A stretch of DNA of 64,000 nt. Source: Nitrosomonadales bacterium (GTDB lineage Bacteria > Pseudomonadota > Gammaproteobacteria > Burkholderiales > SG8-39). The translations under genes and the position numbers were made by a program. The stretch spans positions 5,234 through 69,233 of the forward strand of contig SBAS01000054.1 in NCBI GenBank assembly GCA_005240145.1, written 5' to 3'. Of the stretch, positions 25,017-33,417 are shown one piece after another (positions within the stretch are counted from its first letter, which is position 1; each line of letters begins with the position of its first letter). The notes beneath the pieces were generated by a model. It saw only the letters and a list, made by a program, of their open reading frames with translations. It was not told the DNA's origin and searched no databases.

Positions 25017-26006
25017 TCAGGCGGCCACGAGTCCATGCAACGAAAACAATCCCTTCGGATCCAGCCAGACCTTTTCGCCTTTGAAGCCCGCGCTCGCCGC
25101 CAGTGCGCGAAAGCCGTCGATCGAGTACTTGTACGAATTCTCGGTGTGGATCGATTCGCCGGTATCGAATGAAAAGCGGTGCTTGCCGACCTTCACGCTC
25201 TGGCGCACGAGCGAGACGAGGTGCATCTCGATGCGGCCCAGCGCGGCGTTGTAGAAGGCATAGTGGCGGAAGCGGCGCAGCTTGAAATCGCCGCGCAATT
25301 CGCGGTTGATGCGCGCCAGCAGGTTGAGGTTGAACGCCGCGGTGACGCCCTTCGCGTCGTTATACGCGGCGTGCAGCACGTTGGCGTCCTTTTTCAGGTC
25401 CACGCCCACCAGCATCGCGCTGCGCGCGCCCACTTGCTTGCGCGTCATGCGCAGGAAGGTCTGCGCCTCGTCGGGCGTCAGGTTGCCGATGGTCGAGCCC
25501 GGGAAATACACCACGCGCCGGCCCCTGGCCTGCGCCATGGGAAGCTTCAGCGGTCGCGAGAAATCGCCGTGCACCGCAAGGACGTCGAGCCACCTGAAGC
25601 GGCGGTGCAGCTTTGCGGCCGCCTTGCGCAACGCGTCGTTGGAAATATCCACCGGGATGTAGGCCGCGGGCCGCAGCGCCTCGATCAGCAGCGGCGACTT
25701 GACGCTTTCGCCGCTGCCGTACTCGATCAGGGTGCTGCGCGGGCCGGCAAAGCGCACGATCGCGCCCAGGTGCGCGCGTGTAAGCGCGATTTCGGCGCGC
25801 GTCGGGTAATACTCCTTCAGCCGGCAGATCGCCTCGAACAGGCGGCTGCCGTTGGCGTCGTAGAAGCACTTCGGGGGCAGGGACTTCTGCGGCAGCGACA
25901 GGCCGGCGATGACGTCTTCGCGGAAACTGTCCGCGGGAACGATCGAAACGGAAAACCGCAGCGTTCCTAGCCGCGCGGTGCCACGGGGGCGTGCGTTTCG
26001 AGCCAC
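25017..26006 (-). CDS. EgtD-like SAM-dependent histidine N-alpha-methyltransferase family protein
   Basis: 329 aa with a GTG start. LPPKCFYDANGSRLFEAICRLKEYYPTRAE, EYGSGESVKS, HTENSYKYS match the EgtD/DUF2260 family as I remember it. The 5' end overlaps the pbpG-like 3' end by 40 nt. Confidence 0.75.
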   Translation of the reverse strand: MARNARPRGTARLGTLRFSVSIVPADSFREDVIAGLSLPQKSLPPKCFYDANGSRLFEAICRLKEYYPTRAEIALTRAHLGAIVRFAGPRSTLIEYGSGESVKSPLLIEALRPAAYIPVDISNDALRKAAAKLHRRFRWLDVLAVHGDFSRPLKLPMAQARGRRVVYFPGSTIGNLTPDEAQTFLRMTRKQVGARSAMLVGVDLKKDANVLHAAYNDAKGVTAAFNLNLLARINRELRGDFKLRRFRHYAFYNAALGRIEMHLVSLVRQSVKVGKHRFSFDTGESIHTENSYKYSIDGFRALAASAGFKGEKVWLDPKGLFSLHGLVAA

Positions 26007-26866
26007 TTTTTGATGCGGTTGGCGTCGCCCACGCGCGAGAGCTTGCCCCAGGAGTCGAGCAGCACCACGATGACTTCGCGCGACTGCAGGCGCACGCGCA
26101 TCACCAGGCAGCGCCCGGCTTCGCTGATGTAGCCGGTCTTGGACAGGCCGATGTCCCAGTGGACGCTGCGCACCAGGCCGTTGGTGTTGCGGTAGCCGAG
26201 CGGCCGGCCAGCGGCCATCACGGTGGCGCTGTCGCGGGTCGAATACTGGCGGATGAGGGGATATTCATGCGCGGCGGCAACCAGGCGCGCGAGGTCGTGC
26301 GCGGTGGAGACGTTGCCCGAGGACAGCCCGGTCGGGTCGACGAAGCGGCTGTCGTGCATGCCCAACGCCACCGCCCTTGCATTCATCGCCGCGACGAAAG
26401 CGCTCAGGCCGCCCGGATAGGTGCGCACGAGCGATGCCGCGGCGCGGTTCTCCGAGGACATGAGGGCGAGCAGCAGCAGTTCGTCGCGCGTCAGCACCGT
26501 TCCCGGCCGCAGCCGCGAGCGCGTGCCCTTCAGGTGGTCGTAGTCCTCGTCGCTGATCGCGACGCGCTGGTCCATGTTCAGGCCCGCATCGAGGATCACC
26601 ATCGCCGTCATCAGCTTGGTGATCGAGGCGATCGGCAGCACCATGCCCTGGTTCTTCGCGATCAGCGTTTCGCCGCTCGCGGCGTCCTGCACCAGCGCGA
26701 CGGCGGAGCGCAGGAAGACTTCGTCGGATTTCTTGCCGTTTTTCTTTTCCCCGGCCCGCATCTCTCCTGCCTGCGCGAAACCGACGCTCAGCGCGAATAC
26801 CGCCGCCAGCGCGACCAGCGCGACGATTTTTTCCAGGTGGTGCAGGCTGCGTTCCCCGTTTTGCAT
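25967..26866 (-). CDS. D-alanyl-D-alanine endopeptidase/carboxypeptidase (peptidase S11, PbpG-like)
   Basis: Internal ATG (MQNGERSL...) with a signal peptide. ASITKLMTAMV (SxxK), SSENRAA (SxN) and SKTGY (KTG) motifs. Confidence 0.8.
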   Translation of the reverse strand: MQNGERSLHHLEKIVALVALAAVFALSVGFAQAGEMRAGEKKNGKKSDEVFLRSAVALVQDAASGETLIAKNQGMVLPIASITKLMTAMVILDAGLNMDQRVAISDEDYDHLKGTRSRLRPGTVLTRDELLLLALMSSENRAAASLVRTYPGGLSAFVAAMNARAVALGMHDSRFVDPTGLSSGNVSTAHDLARLVAAAHEYPLIRQYSTRDSATVMAAGRPLGYRNTNGLVRSVHWDIGLSKTGYISEAGRCLVMRVRLQSREVIVVLLDSWGKLSRVGDANRIKKWLETHAPVAPRG

Positions 26867-26920
26867 GCCGCTCAACTCATGAAAGACGCGCGAGTGTAGC
26901 TGAACAAAAGGCAAATATGC

Positions 26921-26946
26921 AAACAAAATAAGGCCCTAGCGGCCTT
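26921..26946 (-). terminator. Possible rho-independent terminator after the ABC exporter gene
   Basis: Minus-strand reading: AAGGCC-GCTAG-GGCCTT followed by ATTTTGTTTG. The stem is only 6 bp, so support is modest. Confidence 0.45.
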
Positions 26947-26959
26947 AGTTAACACAAGT

Positions 26960-28783
26960 TCAAGCAGACTTGGCCTGTTCCAGTACGGCCTCGGCCTGCG
27001 CTGCCTGCTGCTGCAGCGCCCACATGCGGGCGTATTCGCCGTCCGCGGCGAGTAATTCCCGGTGCGTGCCGCGCTCGACGATGCGGCCATGGCTGAGCAC
27101 CAGGATGGTGTCGGCGTCCATGACGGTCGAGAGCCGGTGCGCGATGACCAGCGTGGTGCGGCCAACCGAAATTCTCTCCAGCTCGGCCTGGATCGCCTTC
27201 TCCGCCTTCGAGTCGAGTGCGGAGGTCGCCTCGTCGAAAATCAGGATGTGCGGGTTCTTCAGCAGCGCGCGCGCGATCGCCACGCGCTGCCGCTCGCCCC
27301 CGGAGAGCTTGAGCCCCCGTTCCCCGACCATGGTGTCGTACTTGGCGGGCAGCGTAAGGATGAAATCGTGGATGTGCGCGGCGCGCGCCGCCTCCTCCAC
27401 CTCCGCTGCGCTTGCCGCGGTGCGACCGTAGTGGATGTTGTAGCGGATGCTGTCGTTGAACAGCACCGTGTCCTGCGGCACGATGCCGATGGCGCCGCGC
27501 AGGCTGATCTGCCTGACGTCCCGGATATCGACACCGTTGACCAGGATCTGGCCATCGGAAACGTCGTAGAAACGGAACAGCAGCCGCGCGAGCGTTGATT
27601 TGCCGGAACCGGAGTGCCCCACCACCGCGACGCGCTTGCCGGCCGGAATGGTGAAGCTGACGCCCTCGAGTATTTTTCTGGTTGGTTCATAAGAGAAGTT
27701 CACATTCAGGAACTCGACTTCGGCGGGGCCCGATGGCAAGTCGGGCGCGCCCGGCCGGTCGTCGACTTCGCGGTTCTCGCCCAGTAGGCGGAACATTTTT
27801 TCCATGTCCATGAGCGACTGCTTGATTTCGCGGTACACCATGCCGAGGAAGTTGAGCGGGATGTAGAGCTGGATCAACAGGGCGTTGACCAACACCAGGT
27901 CGCCCAACGTCAGCGCACCCGAAGTCACGCCGCCCGCGGCAAGGAACATGAGCGCGGTCACCGCCGCGGCAATGATCAGGCTCTGGCCGATATTGAGCAG
28001 GCCGAGCGAAGACTCGAAGCGCACCGCCGCGTCCTCGTACTTGCGCAGGTTCTTGTCGTAGCGCTTCGCCTCGAACTCCTCGTTGCCGAAGTACTTCACC
28101 GTCTCGTAGTTGAGCAGGCTGTCGATGGCGCGCGTGTTGGCGCGCGAGTCGAGTTCGTTGGCGCGGCGCCGGATCTCGATGCGCCACTCGGTCACCGTGA
28201 TGGTGAAGCCGATATAAATCACCACCGCGCCGAAGGTGACCGCGGCGAAGCGCCAGTCGAACTTGGAGAGCAGCACGGCGGCCACCAGGGCGAATTCCAG
28301 GATCACCGGAATGATCGAAAACAGCAGGTAGGAGAGCAGCGTCGAGATGCCGCGCGTGCCACGCTCGATGTCGCGCGTCATGCCCCCGGTCTGGCGGTCG
28401 AGGTGGAAGCGCAGCGACAGGCCGTGCAGGTGGCGGAATACGTTCAGCGCCACGCGCCGGATCGCGTGTTGCGTCACGCGCACGAACACCACGTCGCGCA
28501 GCTCGCCAAAGAGCGTGGTCGAGAAGCGCACCAGGCCGTAGGCCGCGAGCAACGCCACCGGCACCGCGACCACCGCGAGCTTGGGGTCCAGACCGTCGAC
28601 AATTTCCTTCATGATGAGCGGCACGCCGACGTTCGCCAGCTTCGCCGTCACCAGCAGCGTCAGCGCGAGCAGCACGCGCCAGCGGAAATCCCACAGGTAG
28701 GGCAGCAGGACGCCGACCGAGCGCCACTCGCCGCCGCGTTGCGCCGCAACGGGCGCCGAGCCGTGATGAGCGTGGGCTGACAT
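26960..28783 (-). CDS. ABCB-type (ATM1/heavy-metal-exporter-like) ABC transporter, fused permease/ATPase
   Basis: 607 aa. Six-TM domain followed by Walker A GHSGSGKST, signature LSGGERQR and Walker B ILIFDEATSALD. Confidence 0.9.
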   Translation of the reverse strand: MSAHAHHGSAPVAAQRGGEWRSVGVLLPYLWDFRWRVLLALTLLVTAKLANVGVPLIMKEIVDGLDPKLAVVAVPVALLAAYGLVRFSTTLFGELRDVVFVRVTQHAIRRVALNVFRHLHGLSLRFHLDRQTGGMTRDIERGTRGISTLLSYLLFSIIPVILEFALVAAVLLSKFDWRFAAVTFGAVVIYIGFTITVTEWRIEIRRRANELDSRANTRAIDSLLNYETVKYFGNEEFEAKRYDKNLRKYEDAAVRFESSLGLLNIGQSLIIAAAVTALMFLAAGGVTSGALTLGDLVLVNALLIQLYIPLNFLGMVYREIKQSLMDMEKMFRLLGENREVDDRPGAPDLPSGPAEVEFLNVNFSYEPTRKILEGVSFTIPAGKRVAVVGHSGSGKSTLARLLFRFYDVSDGQILVNGVDIRDVRQISLRGAIGIVPQDTVLFNDSIRYNIHYGRTAASAAEVEEAARAAHIHDFILTLPAKYDTMVGERGLKLSGGERQRVAIARALLKNPHILIFDEATSALDSKAEKAIQAELERISVGRTTLVIAHRLSTVMDADTILVLSHGRIVERGTHRELLAADGEYARMWALQQQAAQAEAVLEQAKSA

Positions 28784-28823
28784 GGGGAGGGCGATTCTAA
28801 CTGCGCGCGCAATGCGACGACCC

Positions 28824-28852
28824 TTGACGCCGCGGGCCCAACCCCCTATAAT
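28824..28852 (+). promoter_or_regulatory. Sigma70-type promoter of the TetR-fad operon
   Basis: TTGACG (28824-28829), 17-nt spacer, TATAAT (28847-28852), 46 nt upstream of the TetR ATG. Confidence 0.6.
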
Positions 28853-28870
28853 TCAAACGTTCGTTTGAAT
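28851..28870. promoter_or_regulatory. Perfect 20-bp palindrome ATTCAAACGT/TCGTTTGAAT (candidate TetR operator)
   Basis: ATTCAAACG and CGTTTGAAT are exact reverse complements separated by TT. The palindrome overlaps the -10 hexamer and the predicted +1. Confidence 0.6.
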
Positions 28871-28897
28871 CAGGAAATCCTGCCCTAGGAAACCTTC

Positions 28898-29578
28898 ATG
28901 AGCCTGCGTGCCGTCAAACCCCCGCACGAAACCCGTACCCGAATTCTGGATGCCGCCGAAGAGCTTTTCATGCAGCACGGTTTTGGCGGCACCTCGATGC
29001 GCCAGCTCACGGCCAGGGCCGGGGTCAACCTCGCCGCGGTCAACTACCACTTCGGCTCCAAGGACGCTCTCGTCGAGGCGGTGTTCCGGCGCCGGCTCGA
29101 TGCCATGAACTCAGCACGCATCGCCGAGCTCGACCGGCTGGAGAAAGCTTCTGCCGGCCCTCTCTCGCCTGAAGCGATCATCCGCGCTTTCGTCGGCGCG
29201 AGCCTGCGCATGATCGAGGATGCGAAATGCGGCGGCCGCAACTTCATCCGCCTGCTCGGGCGCACCTACACCGACCCGCACAAACAGATTCGCGCGCTCA
29301 TCGGCCAGCTCTACGCGCCCGCCATGGAGCGCTTCAAGAACGCGTTCGAGCGCTCGCTGCCGCAAATGCCGCGCGACGAACTGGTCTGGCGCATCCACTT
29401 CATGTTCGGCACGCTCGCCTACACGCTCGCCGCCACCGACACGGTGCAATTGATCGCGGGGTGCAAGCCGGAGGATCGCTACGACGCGCGCCTGCTGGAG
29501 GCGCGGCTGACCGCATTTCTTGCCGCGGGGCTGCTGGCGCCGCTGCACGACGCCGCAGACGTCAAAAAAGCTGCCTGA
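28898..29578 (+). CDS. TetR/AcrR family transcriptional regulator
   Basis: 226 aa. TRTRILDAAEELFMQHGFGGTSMRQLTARAGVNLAAVNYHFGSK TetR HTH. Confidence 0.9.
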   Translation: MSLRAVKPPHETRTRILDAAEELFMQHGFGGTSMRQLTARAGVNLAAVNYHFGSKDALVEAVFRRRLDAMNSARIAELDRLEKASAGPLSPEAIIRAFVGASLRMIEDAKCGGRNFIRLLGRTYTDPHKQIRALIGQLYAPAMERFKNAFERSLPQMPRDELVWRIHFMFGTLAYTLAATDTVQLIAGCKPEDRYDARLLEARLTAFLAAGLLAPLHDAADVKKAA

Positions 29579-29606
29579 TCAGTTTGCTGCTTTAGGAGGA
29601 GGTTCC

Positions 29607-32093
29607 ATGCTGGATATCGCCATCTTTGCCGCTGCCACCATCGCGGTCCTGCTGCTGCTCGCCTTCTTCCAGGCACCGATCCTGCTCTGGACCGTCGCCT
29701 CAGGCCTGATGCTCGCCACCTGGGCGGCGGCGCTGGAATTTTCGGCGCAGACCAACGCGGTGCTGTTTTTCCTCTTCATCCTGATCGCGCCCGTGCTGGC
29801 CGTGCCGGCAGTGCGCCGGCGCCTCGTGAGCGACCACGTGCTCGCGATTTTCCGCCGCATCCTGCCCGACATGTCGCAGACCGAAAAGGAAGCCATCGAC
29901 GCGGGCACGGTGTGGTGGGACGCGGATCTCTTTTCGGGCAAGCCCGACTGGAACAAGATGCTGGCGATCCCCGCGCCGAAGCTCTCGGCCGAGGAACAGG
30001 CCTTCCTCGACGGGCCCTGCGAGGAAGTCTGCGCCATGACCAACGACTGGGAGGTCACGCACGAGTACTACGACCTGCCGCCCCAGGTCTGGCAGTACGT
30101 GAAGGACAAGGGTTTCCTCGGCATGATCATCCCGAAGCAGTATGGCGGCCTGGGTTTCTCGGCCATCGCGCACTCGGCGGTGATCATGAAGCTCTCGACG
30201 CGCTCCAACGCGCTCGGCGTCAGCGTCATGGTGCCCAATTCGCTCGGGCCGGCCGAACTGCTGCTGCACTACGGCACCGACGAACAAAAGCACCACTACC
30301 TGCCGCGCCTTGCCAAGGGCATCGACGTCCCCTGCTTCGCGCTCACCAGCCCCGAGGCGGGCTCGGATGCGGCCTCGATTCCCGACTACGGCGTGGTGTG
30401 CAAGGGGATGTATCAGGGCAAGGAAGTGCTCGGCATGCGCGTCACCTGGGACAAGCGCTACATCACGCTCGGACCCGTGGCGACGCTACTGGGCCTTGCT
30501 TTTCGACTTTACGATCCAGAGCATTTGCTTGGAGAAAAAGCGGATCTCGGCATTACCTGTGCTCTCGTTCCGACCAGCCATCCCGGCGTAGTGATCGGCC
30601 GGCGCCACCTGCCGCTCAACGCGGTGTTCCAGAACGGCCCCAACTCCGGCAAGGATGTGTTCATGCCGATCGACTGGATCATCGGCGGCAAGGATTACGC
30701 CGGCAAGGGCTGGATGATGCTGATGGGCTGCCTGGCGGCGGGCCGCTCGATCTCGCTGCCGACCTCTTCGGTGGGCGGTGCGAAGGGCCTGGCGCGCGTC
30801 ACCGGCGCCTACGCGCGCGTGCGCAGCCAGTTCAAGACGCCGATCGGCAAGCTCGAAGGCGTGGAGGAAGCGCTCGGCCGCATCGCCGCCAACTGCTACA
30901 TGATGGACGGCGTGCGCATCATGACCGCGGGTGCGGTGGATCTGGGCGAGAAGCCGGCGGTGATCTCGGCGATCGCCAAGTACCACATGACCGAGCGGGC
31001 GCGCCAGATCGTGGACGACTCGATGGACATCCACGGCGGCAAGGGCATTTGCCTGGGGCCCAACAACTGGGTCGGCCGCGGCTACCAGGTGATCCCGGTA
31101 GGCATCACGGTGGAAGGCGCCAACATCCTGACGCGGACGCTCATCATCTTCGGCCAGGGCGCGATCCGCTGCCATCCGTACGTGCTGCGCGAGATGCGCG
31201 CCGCCAAGGAAATGCAGGGCGCGGCCGCCTCGATCGAATTCGACGACGCCTTCACCTCGCACATCGGCCACACCCTCTCGAACGGCGTGCGCACCTTCGT
31301 GCACGGCATCACGAGCTCACGCCTGGGGCAGGTGCCGCGCAACGGCGCGCCCGAGACGCGGCACTACTACCGCTTCGCTTCGCGCCTCGCGGCCGCGTTC
31401 GCCTTCCTTTCCGATGTCTCGATGCTGGCGATGGGCGGGGCACTCAAGCGCAAGGAAAAAATCTCCGGGCGCCTCGGCGACGTGCTCTCGATGCTGTACC
31501 TCGTCTCGGCGACGCTCAAGCACTACGAGGACCAGGGGCGCCAGAAGGAAGACATCCCGCTGATCCGCTGGGTGGTGCGCGACCTGCTCTACGCCGCGCA
31601 GGAGGCGATCGACCAGATCCTTTCCAACTTCCCCATCAAGTCGGTGGCGACGCTGCTGCGCTGGACCATCTTCCCGCTCGGCATGTCGTTCCGCCCGCCT
31701 CTCGATTCGCGCAACCACGAGTGCGCGAAGATCGTGCTCGAGCCGGGCGCGACGCGCGACCGCCTCACCGACGGGATCTACGTCGGCACGGGCGAGAGCG
31801 ACCCCACCGGTGTGCTGGAGGCGGCGTTCCTCGCCACCATCGCCTGCGAGCCGGTGGACGAGAAGCTGCGCAGGGCCGTGAAGAAGGGACAAATCGTTCC
31901 GCAGCCCGGTGTTGATCTGGGAAATCTGGGAATACAAAACGGGATAATCAGCGCGGAGGAACTTGCCCTCTGGCAGCGCAAGGAAGCGCTGCGCAGGAAC
32001 GTCATCAAGGTGGACGATTTCCCGCAGGACTTCGGCCGCGCCGAGCTGGCGGCGAAATTCGCCCAGAAAACCCACGCAGCAAAGGCAGCCTGA
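29607..32093 (+). CDS. fadE: Large acyl-CoA dehydrogenase (FadE type)
   Basis: Internal ATG (MLDIAIFAAA...) preceded by AGGAGGAGG. 828 aa with N-terminal TM helices, an ACAD core and the FadE-specific C-terminal domain. Confidence 0.9.
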   Translation: MLDIAIFAAATIAVLLLLAFFQAPILLWTVASGLMLATWAAALEFSAQTNAVLFFLFILIAPVLAVPAVRRRLVSDHVLAIFRRILPDMSQTEKEAIDAGTVWWDADLFSGKPDWNKMLAIPAPKLSAEEQAFLDGPCEEVCAMTNDWEVTHEYYDLPPQVWQYVKDKGFLGMIIPKQYGGLGFSAIAHSAVIMKLSTRSNALGVSVMVPNSLGPAELLLHYGTDEQKHHYLPRLAKGIDVPCFALTSPEAGSDAASIPDYGVVCKGMYQGKEVLGMRVTWDKRYITLGPVATLLGLAFRLYDPEHLLGEKADLGITCALVPTSHPGVVIGRRHLPLNAVFQNGPNSGKDVFMPIDWIIGGKDYAGKGWMMLMGCLAAGRSISLPTSSVGGAKGLARVTGAYARVRSQFKTPIGKLEGVEEALGRIAANCYMMDGVRIMTAGAVDLGEKPAVISAIAKYHMTERARQIVDDSMDIHGGKGICLGPNNWVGRGYQVIPVGITVEGANILTRTLIIFGQGAIRCHPYVLREMRAAKEMQGAAASIEFDDAFTSHIGHTLSNGVRTFVHGITSSRLGQVPRNGAPETRHYYRFASRLAAAFAFLSDVSMLAMGGALKRKEKISGRLGDVLSMLYLVSATLKHYEDQGRQKEDIPLIRWVVRDLLYAAQEAIDQILSNFPIKSVATLLRWTIFPLGMSFRPPLDSRNHECAKIVLEPGATRDRLTDGIYVGTGESDPTGVLEAAFLATIACEPVDEKLRRAVKKGQIVPQPGVDLGNLGIQNGIISAEELALWQRKEALRRNVIKVDDFPQDFGRAELAAKFAQKTHAAKAA

Positions 32094-32094
32094 C

Positions 32095-33405
32095 ATGGAC
32101 GCAAAGCCGCGCAGTCAACCCATCTACGTCGTCGACGGCGCGCGCACGCCGTTCCTGAAAGCGAAGAACCGCCCCGGCGTCTTTTCCGCGGGCGACCTCG
32201 CCACCCAGGCCGGCAAGACCCTGCTCGCGCGGCAGAAGTTCGCCCCGCAGGACCTGGATGAAGTCATCCTCGGCTGCGCCGCGCCGTCGGTGGATGAAGT
32301 CAACATCGGCCGCGTCGTGGCGCTGCGCATGGGCTGCGGCCAGAAGGTCCCGGGCTGGACCGTAATGCGCAACTGCGCCTCGGGCATGCAGGCGCTCGAT
32401 TCGGGCATCAACAACATCCTCGCCGGGCGCTCGAACCTCGTGCTCGCGGGCGGCGTGGATGCGCTTTCGCGCGCCCCCTTGCTTTACAACGACAAGATGG
32501 TGAACTGGTTCTCTGATCTTGCTTCTTCTCGCTCTACCTCCGGAAGACTTTCGACATTTTCCAAACTCCCCTTCAAGTCCCTGCTTGCCCCCGTGATCGG
32601 GATCATGAAGGGCCTCACTGATCCGATGGTCGGCCTGCTCATGGGCCAGACGGCGGAGAACCTCGCGCACCGGTTCGGCATAACGCGCGAGCAGATGGAT
32701 GCTTTTTCGGTTAGATCTCATAAAAGAGTGGTCGCTGCCCAGGATGCCGGCCACCTCGCTGCAGGCGGCGGCGAAGTCGAGGCGCTCTACGACGCGAAGG
32801 GCGAAACCTACACTCTGGACGACGGCGTGCGGCGCGATTCGTCGCTGGCGAACCTGGCGAAGCTCAAGCCCTTTTTCGACCGCAAGTACGGCAACGTCAC
32901 GCCCGGTAACAGTTCGCAGATCACCGACGGCGGGGCCTGGCTTATTCTTGCTTCTGAATCTGCAGTTGCTAAATTTGGTCTAAATCCGATCGGCAGGATC
33001 CTCGACTCGCAATGGGCCGGCCTCGACCCGGCGCAGATGGGCCTGGGGCCCGTGCACGCGGCCACCCCGATCCTGAAGCGCCACGGCCTCAAGCTTGACG
33101 GCGTCGACTACTGGGAAATCAACGAAGCCTTCGCCGCGCAGGTGCTGGGCTGCCTTGCTGCGTGGAAGGACGAGAAATACTGCAAAGAGCAACTGGGCCT
33201 CGATGGCGCTCTCGGCGTCATGGATGAGGAAAAACTCAACGTGGATGGCGGTGCCGTAGCGCTCGGCCATCCCGTGGGGGCCTCCGGCGCGAGAATCGTT
33301 CTGCACATGTTGAAGCTCCTGAAAAGGAAGAATGCAAAGCGGGGCATGGCCTCGATCTGCATCGGCGGCGGCCTCGGCGGGGCCATGTTGGTTGAGTCAG
33401 CATAA
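32095..33405 (+). CDS. fadA: Acetyl-CoA C-acyltransferase (3-ketoacyl-CoA thiolase)
   Basis: The ATG lies 1 nt after the fadE TGA. VMRNCASGMQA (active Cys), NVDGGAVALGHPVGASGARI, ICIGGGLG thiolase signatures. Confidence 0.9.
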   Translation: MDAKPRSQPIYVVDGARTPFLKAKNRPGVFSAGDLATQAGKTLLARQKFAPQDLDEVILGCAAPSVDEVNIGRVVALRMGCGQKVPGWTVMRNCASGMQALDSGINNILAGRSNLVLAGGVDALSRAPLLYNDKMVNWFSDLASSRSTSGRLSTFSKLPFKSLLAPVIGIMKGLTDPMVGLLMGQTAENLAHRFGITREQMDAFSVRSHKRVVAAQDAGHLAAGGGEVEALYDAKGETYTLDDGVRRDSSLANLAKLKPFFDRKYGNVTPGNSSQITDGGAWLILASESAVAKFGLNPIGRILDSQWAGLDPAQMGLGPVHAATPILKRHGLKLDGVDYWEINEAFAAQVLGCLAAWKDEKYCKEQLGLDGALGVMDEEKLNVDGGAVALGHPVGASGARIVLHMLKLLKRKNAKRGMASICIGGGLGGAMLVESA

Positions 33406-33417
33406 AAAGGGAGACCC

